Positions 41,186 through 53,514 of a DNA stretch of 64,000 bases are shown here, one piece after another. The position numbers and the translations under genes were made by a program. Position 1 is the stretch's first letter, and each line of letters begins with the position of its first letter. The stretch comes from Botryllus schlosseri (taxonomy: Eukaryota): positions 8,930,001 to 8,994,000 of the forward strand of contig CM119371.1 in the NCBI GenBank assembly GCA_051294905.1, given 5' to 3'. The notes under the pieces are model-generated. The model was not told the origin of the DNA and searched no databases. It was given only the letters and a program-made list of their open reading frames with translations.

Positions 41186-42493
41186 TTTTAGACAATCAGT
41201 CTAGTTTGTGACACTGCTTTAATACACAAATAAGAGATAGCTATGGTGCATGCTGTTTACAAATCACGGGATTTCATTGTTGTATCGGGGTCCCAACGCT
41301 AGAAAAGGCTTGACCGCGAGTTGTCTCAACTCATTGAGCACGCATATATGGCGGTGTATATACTGTTTAACTGCCCAGCATGTAGCGATGTCGGGTTTTA
41401 TTACTTAAAGTAACGACTACTGTTAGTAAGGTAGGCTATGTTTCTTTGATGGCTTCGATGGCACTGGTATATCGAGCCGCCAGCCTATGCGGGACACAAC
41501 AACTTATCCATTCAACTGCATCGTTATAATGTGTAATATTGATTTGCACGGATGAGGAATAAAATAATTTTTTCTCTCGCCCCATTCTCTATGTGTCTAT
41601 ATTTATTCGTTGCTCCATTTACGCTTGACTTGACGCTAGACAGGATGACGCATTCAATTTTTAAACATCGCGCAACTATATCATTTATCAGTATACAATT
41701 AGCAACTATACCTTTGTACCAGTGAATAGCGAAGTTTCAGCGATTTGAAATCAGGGAAGAGAGCATTCATTTAATAAAAGGTAATTCGTTTATTGATATA
41801 ATATTGTGAAAATGTCTGAATATTACTAATTTTAGGCACCACACTAACGGTAAACAAGAGTTGTTGGCTGTTACAACAGTTCCTGATGGGAAACTATATT
41901 GTACAGCATCAACAACTGAGTCACTTCTTCGTGACCGGTGCCTCTACTCAAAAAAAATATTCAACGGTTCCATCAGCAACGCCGTGGAGTGGATGAAATT
42001 TTTTAAAAAAAGGTTGCATACAGCCAGAATAAGGCATGTCACGTGGAAATAAAAACTGAAGATGAGGTCATTGCTTGTCTTGAACAGAATAAATTGATAG
42101 ACGATTTGTTCGATGTGTTCATATCAGTTTTAGCAATTATCAAGCCAAACTGTCTCAACTTTCCTATTTAAAATTATCAGTCACTGAGCAGGGGTCACCA
42201 ACCTTTTTGCAACCGAGAGCTATACTTTTTGATCCTGATTGATGCAACGGGCTACCATTTACTCCCGCCTTTTACCCGTCAAAATTTCCACTTCGATATT
42301 CATAGGGCAGTAATCGCATTTCAACTAGCTCGTCACTGGCATTTATTAGGAAATTATGAATTATTTAGCACCATATTTGTATAAATAATGCAACATTCAA
42401 CTCAAATCAAGTCAACTTTGGACTGGACAGCGGACACTTGTTATCTCTATTCATATCAGTCAGTGGTAAGGCTCACATTGCATGTTATCAGCT

Positions 42494-43492
42494 GGTGTGC
42501 TTCAAGGTGACACCCTGGCACCATTCCTGTTCGTGGTCATCCTTGACTTCGTCCTACGAACGGCCTTCCCGGATAATACGAACTTCTTTGAATGGCGGCC
42601 ACGGCAAGGAACGCGCACGCGTACGACTCGCGAGGCAATACACGTAGGTATTCTTGCCTACGCAGACGACCTAGCCTTGCTTGCCCCGAACACCGCATCT
42701 GCACAGCGCCTCATTAACCAGCTAGAGGCCGCCGCCGCTCTTGTTGGACTCCAGATCAACGCCAAGAAGACTGAGGTTCTGGCCATACCAGCTCTACCGA
42801 AGAACGCGACACCGATTCAACTGGGAGAAATCGATCTCAAGTATGTAACGAGTTTTGTGTACCTCGGTAATGACGTCGCCAACTCTGGAAAAGCGCTCAA
42901 GGCGAGGCGAACTAAGGCCTGGGGCGCGGCAAGACGGCTACATAGCCTCTTCCATTCAAGTGCCTCAACCCAGCTCAAGACTCGTATCTTCCGTGCCACT
43001 GTCGAGCAGGTTCTTCTCTACGGAATAGAGGCACTCACGCTGACAGAGAAGCTGGCTAAGACGCTTACCGCTAACTACGACGCACTCCTCTGCTATGCAC
43101 TCGGCATTCACCATCCGAAGCATATATCCACGAATGCATTGCGAGAGCTCACAGGAACGGTCCCATGCCGTCTACTGGCAGCTGAACGACGCTTCCGCCT
43201 AAGCGGTCATCTAGTGCGGCATCAAGACGAGCAACCAGCTGCCGCCATCATCAATCACATTCCGACGGAGCCATGGCGCAGAGGTGGCTGGAATCGGAAA
43301 ACATGGCGCTCGACAATGGAGACTGACCTGACGTAACGCGGGCTGTCGCTTAAAGACGCCCACGACCGCCTACGTTGGAGTCGCTTAATACGAGCCTAAA
43401 ACTGATTATGTTGATGTTTTTTTTGTTTCCTGTTTTCTTTTGCCCTTTTCATTTTTATTTTATCTAATTGAAAAGTCGATATATATATATAT
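42494..43492 (+). mobile_element. 5'-truncated RTE-like LINE (reverse transcriptase)
   Basis: GVLQGDTLAPFLF, YADD and YLG motifs; C-terminal DRxxW after an apparently premature TAA at 43334; (TA)n tail. TSD TATCAGCT at 42486-42493 and 49737-49744. Confidence 0.9.
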
Positions 43493-45099
43493 TAGGGTTG
43501 TTCAGAATTGACCGACTTTGAAAAAGTCGTGGTTTTCAGTCCGATTCCCATGCCTTATACCATAAAAACATATTCTAGCTACTTTTTTTCGTAATTCATC
43601 CCTTGCATCCGTGTGCATTTTGAGCTGGAAGAATATCATCTAAAAATAGGGGATTCCCCTAAAATCTGAGTGTCGCCATTCGGACTAGGCTAGTGAACGT
43701 CATAAATAAGCTGGGTTTATGCATCTATTGCGGTTTGGAGTGCTACATAACCTTACTATGGAATGTATTGACGGTTCAGGACACCATTTTCATGTCCCCC
43801 ACTCCCTTAGAACTCCTCAAAACTGCCTAAGACTGATAGTCATTTGGTTGGATCACATATCCTACACTCCTCAACCCTACCCGAGATTGTCCATCAATTT
43901 CCGGGATCACCATGTGCAATAATACAGCTGTGAATGTATCATTCACTCACAGCCACATTTTATACATCACATTGTTCGAAGGAAACGAAACAATAAGGAA
44001 AAGAAATAGATCAACTTGGCAAATACTGCTTAAATCAGGTGGATGAAATGGTTGCTTTAGAGAAATCGGCATATCTGTTCCCGCGATCTCCCACGGCTTG
44101 TAAGAGGCTCGCCCGCTGTTCTTTGTCATCTGTTTTTAAAGCATCAAAGTCGGTATTCAATTTTACCAAACGCTCTGCTGCGTCTTTAACTACTTCAACA
44201 CTACGGTACTCACAAATTCTTGAGCAGTCACGAAATGCGGATCAGTATGCCATTCCGAAACTGGAAGACTCAACTAATCATGTTCGGTATGTATAGCATC
44301 AAATAGAAACCATGATTCCGGTCCAATGAAATCAACCATACTCATTGACTCAGAGACAGAGTCAGAGATTAGACACAGAGGTATACCTCAGCGAAATTGT
44401 TCAAGAATTGGCATTTGCAACAATCGTTTCCTTCACTTTGTCAGGAATTTTTGGTTTAGCCGAGAACACCGTTTCCTCGGTGAGATGCCAATGATGTTTT
44501 CACATCTTTTTATATGCCACATCAGCAACTGTGAAATCACATGATGTAAAGTTTGTCATGTCATGAAGGAATTTGAGATCATTACTCTGTGCGTCACATG
44601 CAATACCAGTTTTCAAGCTGGGACATAAAAGTGGGCAATATTCATTCGTACCAAGTTTCTAATGAACTCTTCAGAATAGCCCATTTGCTCACTCCACATG
44701 AACATTTTTTGACAGTATAGCACTTGACTCGTCCATCCAGTGCTATTAGTAGCACCAGGCTTGCGAAAACGATTATAAACATATTGGTCATCAAAAATCA
44801 CCAAGGCGCCTGTTGCACAGTCTCTGTAGTCACCTCTTATCAAGAATTCTTTCTGCTTTCCATTACATGGCATAATCAGTGGAATTATTTCTTGCTTTGC
44901 TTCATCAGTTTTCATCGCCAACCCGCCGCTGCCTTCAACAAACTGAAGTGTTTTAGAGCTTCTTAATTGATCAATATCTTTCCACTTCTTGGAAGGTATT
45001 AAAATCTGTGTTTTCAGGGCCTGTTGTCGCCGATCCAAATACACACTTCACTTCCAGATCTCCCGGATGACTAGTTCATGAATATGATGGCGACAAGCA

Positions 45100-46475
45100 G
45101 GGGAGACCGGGGACAATTGTAACACTTTTCGTATTTTCAAACATTACGTGTTTTTCTCGTGGAAATTTCACTTCCAAAGTTTTATATAAAGAAGTCACCA
45201 ATTCGATAGTTGATATGAAAACTAAATTGGAACTCAATCAACAACCAATCATGGAAATTTTGGGTCGCAAAAATCGCTGCTCAAATGTTACAATCGCCCC
45301 GTACCCAGGGGCAATTGTACCACCCTTGCGGGGCAATTGTAACAGTGTTATTTATAACTAAACACAAACTAAATGAACAACGAAAACGGAAGCACAAATT
45401 GTAATATTGCATGAAATTAAATGAAGAGACGTTTGAACGCTTCCAGGCTACGCCCCATCGCATTTATGGCATCTGAATGCAATATCACCCTTCGTGTCTT
45501 GTTCAAGCTTAAAGTGTACAAGAGACACATTCATTCCATCATCTCCCTACACATATTCGGCCTCTTCTTCCAAGGTTCTGTTGTTTAGCGGGCATAATGG
45601 GTTCGTCATTCGGTCACCTGCGAAGGTGCGAAACCGACCTGGCTAACATATCTTGTTTGAATGGGCCGATGATAGTATAGTAAAACGAGGACGCAACATT
45701 GTGTGGCGTCAAAGCTATAATGACATTTATCTGTGCTGTAGAAAATTAACATAAATTGTTCACATCAAATATCAAAATGTAAGTGGGCCATGATCAAAGT
45801 CAGAGGACGAGAATTAAGCCATGACTATTGAAGTTCGACACACCAAAAGTCAATCAACACGAGAAAGGGTGGTTGAATCACGAAAATAACCGAACCGTCA
45901 GATTCACATCACCACTATTGTATGGCCGTTTCGACAGATGATCATGTTAGAATTGGTATCGCAAGGCAGTATCTGTTCTGGTGAACTCCTGGCTGTTGCA
46001 AGATTATTCTGCAGTAGATGAATGGTAATACCCACATATGAACACAGACATTCAGAATTGATAACATATTGTAACGGGGCAAAAGTAACAGAGTGTTACG
46101 ATTGCCCCTGACAAGCTCGACCATGATTAGTGTCTCAGTATGGTACCTTCCCGGCGATGCAAGTCCTATTCTTTCTATCACCACGGTAGGCTATAGTAAC
46201 ATTGTTCCAGCTACACATATTACGTTGTAACTACTTGAGGTACTATTCGTCCAGACAAATTATTCCAGACTAGAAAAACTTTACTCGAGGGTCAAAAATT
46301 TCGTTTTTTGCAAATTATTCCGGGGTTTCGCATCGTAGCTCAACGTAACTCCAGGTATAATAGGAGAGATAACTACTGCATGCGCACTTAAAATATCAAG
46401 CTGATTTCTCCATCCTACTAGCGGTGAGGTCGATTGTTACATTTGCCCCTAGTTACATTTGTCCCCGGTCTCCCC
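45100..46475. mobile_element. Tc1/pogo(Fot1)-like MITE inside the hATm transposase
   Basis: TIR GGGGAGACCGGGGACAA.TGTAAC; 2-bp duplication CA (45098-45099, 46476-46477). Confidence 0.8.
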
Positions 46476-48108
46476 CACTGTAGAAAACTTTCCTGTTTAT
46501 CAATTCTTCAAGTAACAGAACAGCACCTTTAGTTTTTCCATTGTTTGAGGATGTTGTGTCAAGCACAAGAGCTCTGACATTTTTTGTTAAATTATAAAGT
46601 TCCAGCAGTTCAAATGACGGATCAGCCCGTAATTTCCTGTAGCACTCTCAAGAGTTCGAATGCCAAGAAGTTTGCCCTTCTCAAATGCGTTGGAACACGC
46701 AGACAATGCCAGCACTGCCAAGGCCTCAAATTGCTCTCCTAAACGACTCCTAGTGAGCTTTCCATTCCAGTGCAATGTGATGTGCTTTGGTGGAACGTTT
46801 GCTATTTTTGCAACAATAGACTCAGAAATTTTAAAATGATTTGCAATGCGTCGTCGATAGGTTCCAGATCTTGAAAGATGAAAGTCATTAGGGTCACCAT
46901 CGCAAGCTTTAATCAGTGCTGCAGTTATCATGGTAGCAGCATTATTGCTGACTTTCAAGCGATCAGAAACCTGGCATATGTCTTTGTCGTTGAACAGGTT
47001 TACAGGCGCTTTTAGAGTCACAAATTTAAAGGAATGACCCGATGTCGACTGCGCCACTTCGAAATCACTGCTGTGGGAAGTGTCAGCTACCTACGAAGAT
47101 ATAGATGAGCTCTCTGTAAATTCACCTTCGCTACTTGATGCTGGTGCACTCTCTCGCACGCATGGTCCGTCTCTTTTGTTGCATGGTTTTCACTTTCAAC
47201 ACTGTATCTTTGCCACCAATCGTTGCTAATCACGGACCCTTTTGATCCTGATAAAATGTTTTGTATTCATGTTTCTTATCGCTGGAGAGAAGTGTAGGCC
47301 TACTTGCTTCAATTGTCGTCATCGCGTCAGGAGCTCCTCTGTGCCCAAAGCTTACTCAACTTGGCTTCAAAGTCGCTTTGTTTTCTTGATACATATTGCT
47401 GGTCTGCAGTTTCCTTTAGTGACAGCCATTTGTTTTCTGTTTTCACACTGTCTCTAATCTTTCAATGGCATTGACTTGTGTGATGGTCTTTGTGGCAGCC
47501 AGGAACCAAAAACCTATTACCGTACTTCATCTCCTACGTCCTGGATGTGTAAATTTTCTGGTTCATTTTTTGCATATGAATGCTCTCTTAGGTGTAACAC
47601 ATACTGCATAACTTTCCTAAGAGTAAGCAGCTTCGATCCCGTAATGTTTCCTCAGATGGCACAGCTAGGAAATGCTGTGTCTGCGACCGTGATCTTCTAG
47701 TTTTCTTTGATACTATATCACTAGATGGCAATTTTCTTTTTTTTTTAGACATTTCGCACTAGAGCTAATCCTAGAAAAATAAATATACATCAACTCAGTC
47801 AAGTAGCAAAGAATAGTTGGAAACATTTCAGTTCTCTTAGGTCAAACACATACTGCACAACTTGAGCAAGAATAGTCGGATTAGACCCAGTTATTGATTC
47901 TGGAAGATAATGATTCCTAAATTGGAAATACTCCTACTAGTATATTGCAATCTTAGGAAATAACATAAAATTCAGAGCAACCGATTGGCTGTTTTCCACA
48001 GTCACTGTAAAAGACATTTACAAGCTTTGTTTTCTATCCCAGTAGACAAGAAAGAGTATCAGGTCCATTAGATCGAATAATTCAATACTGCTACAATACT
48101 ATATTCAC

Positions 48109-49324
48109 TAGGGCGATTTTTTTTTGACCTAAAAAACGAAAGATTTTGACCTAAAAAATCTAAATTTTGACATTTTTTGACCTTAAAAAACAAAATTTTG
48201 ACCATATTTTGACTTAACGTATGCAAATTAGGTGTTTTCCCAAAAAATGTTAGAATTGTACTACTTATCCTCATTTCTGGTTTGAACTGTCTGTCCTTAC
48301 GAAGTAGTTTGCCCTGAAAAAACTTTTTTGACTCTAAAACGGACAAATTTTAACATGACAAAATATTATTTCAACAAAATCTGGCCCTATGATGAATTCC
48401 AGTACATGACATACTATGGGGAAAATAATTAAAATTTGTTGCAGTACAACGAAAGATACTTTCCTACATTCTCGGCAGGGATATCTGCATATATAGTTCC
48501 AGATATCCCTGATTCTCGGGTAAAAAGTGTCTGTATTTACTAAGTAGCTTGTCAATAATGGAGATATGGCGAGATAGCGTATTGGTATATTCCACAGCTA
48601 CAACACCAATGGGTTGTGGGTTCTAGTCCAACCGAGGTCGACTCCAGAATTCCTACCCAAGTGTTGAAGGTTTATCTAGGTTCCTCTTCATCTCATCCGC
48701 GTAAGCGGTGTCTTACATAAAGCATAGAAGTGGGCCGTGCTACAAGTTGGCAGATACTCGGCGGATACGGAATCGAAAATAAGGAATATAGGCCTGGTGT
48801 AAATGACCATTGTAGTCGACAAACAATATGAATTTGAATATACAAACAACAACAAGAAGAATGCAGAAAGAACGTTCAACTGTAGCAGATGTTGGCTGAC
48901 AACAATGAAGTTGTGCGTGCGTACACTGCTGGTGACACACCGTGTTGCTACATTCTGACAATGGTGTACATCTCAATTTTTCATTCAGATGTAAGAACCA
49001 TGCAATGCCCAAGCAGTCTTGCTTCGCTTAGGATATTGCGGTACGTTGAGCATAACATCGTGTCAACCTATTTATTTCATTTGACTCTTTATGATTCACA
49101 ATGAGCAGACAATGCCCTGTCTGCAACGGTAGGCCTATAAAGTAGGCTACAAGCTGTGAAATGCCAAACGATAAGTTCACCGATTGTGCAAATTCTACGA
49201 TACAAATGAATTGCAGGTTGCAAAAAATCTTGTCTTTGTGAACAATTTTGACATTTTTTGACCTAACGCAAGAATTTTGACCTTATTTTGACTTTTTTTG
49301 ACATGTCAAAAAAAAATCGCCCTA
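48109..49324 (-). mobile_element. hAT deletion derivative with TTTTGAC repeats and dimerization-domain remnant
   Basis: TIR TAGGGCGATTTTTTTT; TSD atattcac/ataatcac. Minus-strand QPTSATVERSF...DKLLSKYRHFLPEN is split by a SINE. Confidence 0.8.
48567..48860 (+). mobile_element. SINE family B
   Basis: Same head and body as the 57968 copy; degenerate TSD aataatggagata/aagaatgcagaaa. Confidence 0.85.
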
Positions 49325-52300
49325 ATAATCACTAATCCTGCGCTAGACTCGCTAACAGCATGAGCCAAAAAGCTACCTGGTAAGTCCTGCACCTCAATCG
49401 TAAACACAGTTCTTCAACAACAAAGCAGCAAAACACCTGACTAATCAATGATCCCCATTTCACTGCCGTGCCTAGCGCGTCATTAACGCTAGAACATCCG
49501 CTTCACGTCAATGAGAACACATGTGATTGCTGTCGAGTCACTCACAACGGGGGAATCCCCAAATTCCGAAGAATTTTTTTGGTGCATGAAAAAATGGCAA
49601 AATGCACACGGATGCAGGGGATGAATTACAAAAAAAAGTAGCCAGAATTTGTTTTTAAGGTATAAGGCATGAGAAACGGACTGAAAACCTACACTTTTTG
49701 AAAGTCGATCAATTCTGAACAACCCTAATATATATATATCAGCTATTGCGCTGTACTCTGGTATGTAACTTGAAACTGCTACTCTGAGTGAGTCTTCCAG
49801 ATGTGCATCAGTGAGGCGTGTGCTGTGCTTGTTTTTGATAAAGTTCATGTCCGAGAAGGCTGATTCACAGCGATAAGTTGAACCAACCAAACATGCATGC
49901 AACCTTCATAGCCGCTGCGCATTAGGGCGGTTCAAAAATAACTTTTTTTCCCGGATTTCAGCCATTCACTGATTAAATTGTCAGGTTACCCTAAAAAACG
50001 TTGCACACAAAATTTGGTGCAATTCCAACAAGTATAAGACTCCGCAGATCTAATTTCAAATTTTAATTTATTAGGGAAAATTGAGAAAAAAATTCAAATT
50101 TTTTTGTCAATCTCATAAAATTGTTGAGCTGTCTTCAAAGACGATAAAAACACATTTGAGTGAATTCCAACTAGTAGAAGTGGAGTTAGTTGAGTTTTTC
50201 GCTGATAATTCTCGGATTATCCGTTATCGGTGGATAATCCAAGAATTATCATCGAAAAACTGGAATAACTCCGCTTCTACGGCTTGGAATTGGGTCAAAT
50301 TTGTTTTGCTTACGCACGTCGCAGTCGATCTCATGCTTTTGAGCATATCTATGGTGTAATCAACGATGCGTTACAACAGATTAAAGCAAACGGTATGCCG
50401 GTCTTAGCCACTGAGCTATATAAATACTGGAGTTCGGTACTCGCGATATTTGCGTGATCAATTTGCCACCATCTTTGTGCTAATTTGATTGCTACTCGAT
50501 AAGCTGATATTCAAGGCGAAAGTGGTTAGGTTATGTGTATTTTGATCATTTTTTGCAACGTAGGTATTGATTTCGATGGTATACGCGCTGGGCAAAGATA
50601 TATATGTGTCACTGTATTTATTTATTTGTAAATATCTTCCAGAGGCAGATTGCTTCACACGTATCAATGTAAATGAACACAAGTTGTGCTCAGCCTCAGA
50701 AACTCTTATGGGCGATAAGAGGCTTAAGTTTTCCACAATAACTTGGACAAGTCAAGTGCAATGAGGTTAAAAATGGGATTTAAACTTTCAGTTTCAGGTA
50801 TACCATTATGTGTTGTCAATAAATTCAGTTGTTATCTTTCAGGTAGACCTAATTTATCTGCAGCAAGCAGAAGCATATGTGACTATCTACTTTATTAGGT
50901 TATTGCCGAGGACTGCCTTTGAATCGCCCTGGCCTGGATTCGATATCTTCCGGTGCTGATGTGAATGCTAAAACTGCCAGCTCTGTCGTGGCTATGAACC
51001 TCGCATACCGAAAAAAATCAGCATTCTGTAAGATGGCAACAGCACAATGCACTCAAATGCCATTCCGTTATTGTACCAGAATATTTGAATAAATGCGACA
51101 TTTATTATTGTCAGTAAAATTTTCTTGCAGTGCAACAATTGTTCAAGTATGGATATATGGGCTATATGTGCGTTTGTAACCTATATATGTAGAAGCATAT
51201 ATTTTACAACCTATAGCCCTCTGAAGTAATAATACTAACTAGGACTTCGCAAGCGGTTTATTTCCAGGAAGGACATGGCAGACCTTTTCTTTGCAGCGGC
51301 ATTGCCACGTGTTCTGAATAGTCACTCACAGGCACCATTAGATGCTGCTATTGAAGGATAAGTCAATGTCGATCGGTGTAAGAAGCGAAATAATCTTTTG
51401 ACTGACTGAAATTACTAGATTTTCAGTTCTTTGTTCTTTTACTTCTATATGCAAGGTGATCAGAAAGTTGGTGTACCCTGGTTATTTCCCTTTCAATCAG
51501 TGATATCAGTGCAAATCTCAGTCGAGAACGCAAATACGCAACCATTTAATATTCGTCGACACCCTATTTCAAATTGCTGGAATATATTTTGTTCTCTACA
51601 GCAGCACCCCTCTTCCAAAAGCATTATCTGGATGGCATGATGGTAAAAAATCCTTCACAATATATGATTTGGCTATTTCCAGAATTTGGACCTTAACATT
51701 ACTTTGCAACGGAGCAGATCTTTATGCTTTTCACAGAGTATTACATCGAACATTACCCTGATGATCTATTTTTTGATAGAACGCATCTATCTTTAATATG
51801 GATGCATAAATGTGATGTGCCACTGAGCTTCTCTTGTCTGAATGTGCTACCACACTGTGACACTGTTGACACAGTGAAACAAAACAAATCCAGATTAGTT
51901 ATCTTCACAGTAGCGATTGAGCGAGGTAAATATTTTCCATATTCCACTTCCATTGTCATTTATATCCTCGACTTTAGTGTGCTCTTCTGCATAGAGATTT
52001 TTATTTGCTTTCTTCGATAATACAAGCCATTTTACTGCACAACAAGACTAGAAAATTGGAGGGGAAATGCCTAGTCAGAAAATTACTGTTGGAATGATAT
52101 TGCATAAATTTGGTACGGTACGGTGGTTCCGTGAATTTATAAATATGGCTAGTTCATTTTCGCACTGGCTTGGCGGTTACTGACGAGTGGTCGGTTGTTA
52201 TTCAGTTACAAAAGTCATGCTTATTGATAAAGATTTTGGTCATGTCAAAAAGCACCGATCTGGCTCCGATCCGTCCCCGGCCGAATCAGAAAAAGTTGTG

Positions 52301-53514
52301 GCCATAATTGAAAATATCCGGCCGGATATTCAATCCGGCTCCGATCTATGCTCCGGACTAATTCACATATGACATTATAGCATATACTTGGAAACGTATG
52401 GCCGTCGGTCGTAAAACGCATTACAAATATTCCCCGGATTATCATGGAGTTTATAACAATGGGAAAGAATTCCAGAATAATTCGTGCATAAATCAATCCA
52501 GCATAATATTCATGCAATGAGAGATGCTACCAGAAAACCACGATATCAACTAGGGTTCGTGCATGTAACACAGCTTGGGCACACAATTACAACACACTTG
52601 CTTACACTGCAGTTACACAATGTTCGGCAACTACCGAACACTTGATTACTGCGTATATCGTCAGCAATGTGCGTCAAATGCCATAGTAGTAGCTATATGT
52701 AGGCTATATATTGCGGAGGCGCCAATTTCAATTATGTGAGGACAAAGATGCATCGTGACGTATTACTAAATTATGACGTGACTGTTAACAAATGCAAGTC
52801 CGTGGTTGTTGCCGGTCATTATTACATCTCTGATCTCTACTCGACCTTTTGTTTTCGTTATATGCGACGAAACATTCAACAGTACTGTAATATAAACTAT
52901 TTTGCGTGGAGTAACATTATCGACCATGTCCATTCCCATTTCGCATGCGCCCCATATTAAATGCACCTTGGTACTATTGGGTTTCACTCTATTTCACCGT
53001 CAGTAACAAGTCTAGGATATTGAAACCAAATTTGAAGACGTGCAAAAACGCACGCGAAGTGCCGAATACGCAAGCAAAAATGCGCGAAAAACGTAATGGT
53101 AATGATTAAATCCCATGCTAAACCGTGTAGTGCATGTTCTTGTCACTGAATAAATAATAGACACACACACTGTATATTCGCACTGCTGTATTGTTTCCGT
53201 CTCAGCATTTTAAAGGAATCAGGTCTAATTATATCCAATGAACGTGTAGGCTACTTAAAAATTATGTCTGCTGCGGTAAAAATATTTACATCACGTCACA
53301 CACATTCTTAGCTTAGGCGAATTGCTTCTACTGTGGTTATATAACCGTTCATCAACTGATTTTCGTCATAACCCAAAAGGTATCCGTTGCCAGCAACTGC
53401 CTGGCTTCCAGATAATCAGCACGGCATCACGAATACAGAAAAGTGTGCCTTTTTGGTAGGCCTATGTCATCTGATATCGTCGTGACTCTAGGTTGAAGAA
53501 CCAATCATCTAAAT

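Larger units (their letters stand above)
43493..49727 (-). mobile_element. hATm-like DNA transposon with decayed transposase
   Basis: ~130-bp TIRs starting TAGGGTTGTTCAGAATTG; 8-bp TSD ATATATAT. Motifs HW(N)GK, LDTTSSNNG, ACRHH, PGA...W, HWHLTEE, VVKDAAER. The hATm subfamily call is from recalled motifs. Confidence 0.8.
42189..49920 (-). mobile_element. 3' part of a Charlie/Buster hAT element (outer host of nest)
   Basis: TIR CAGGGGTCACCAACC at 42189. Dimerization domain GSTYRCESAFSDMNFIKNKHSTRLTD at 49740-49900 continues as ADNMQCEPYH* at ~42460-42493. Confidence 0.8.
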
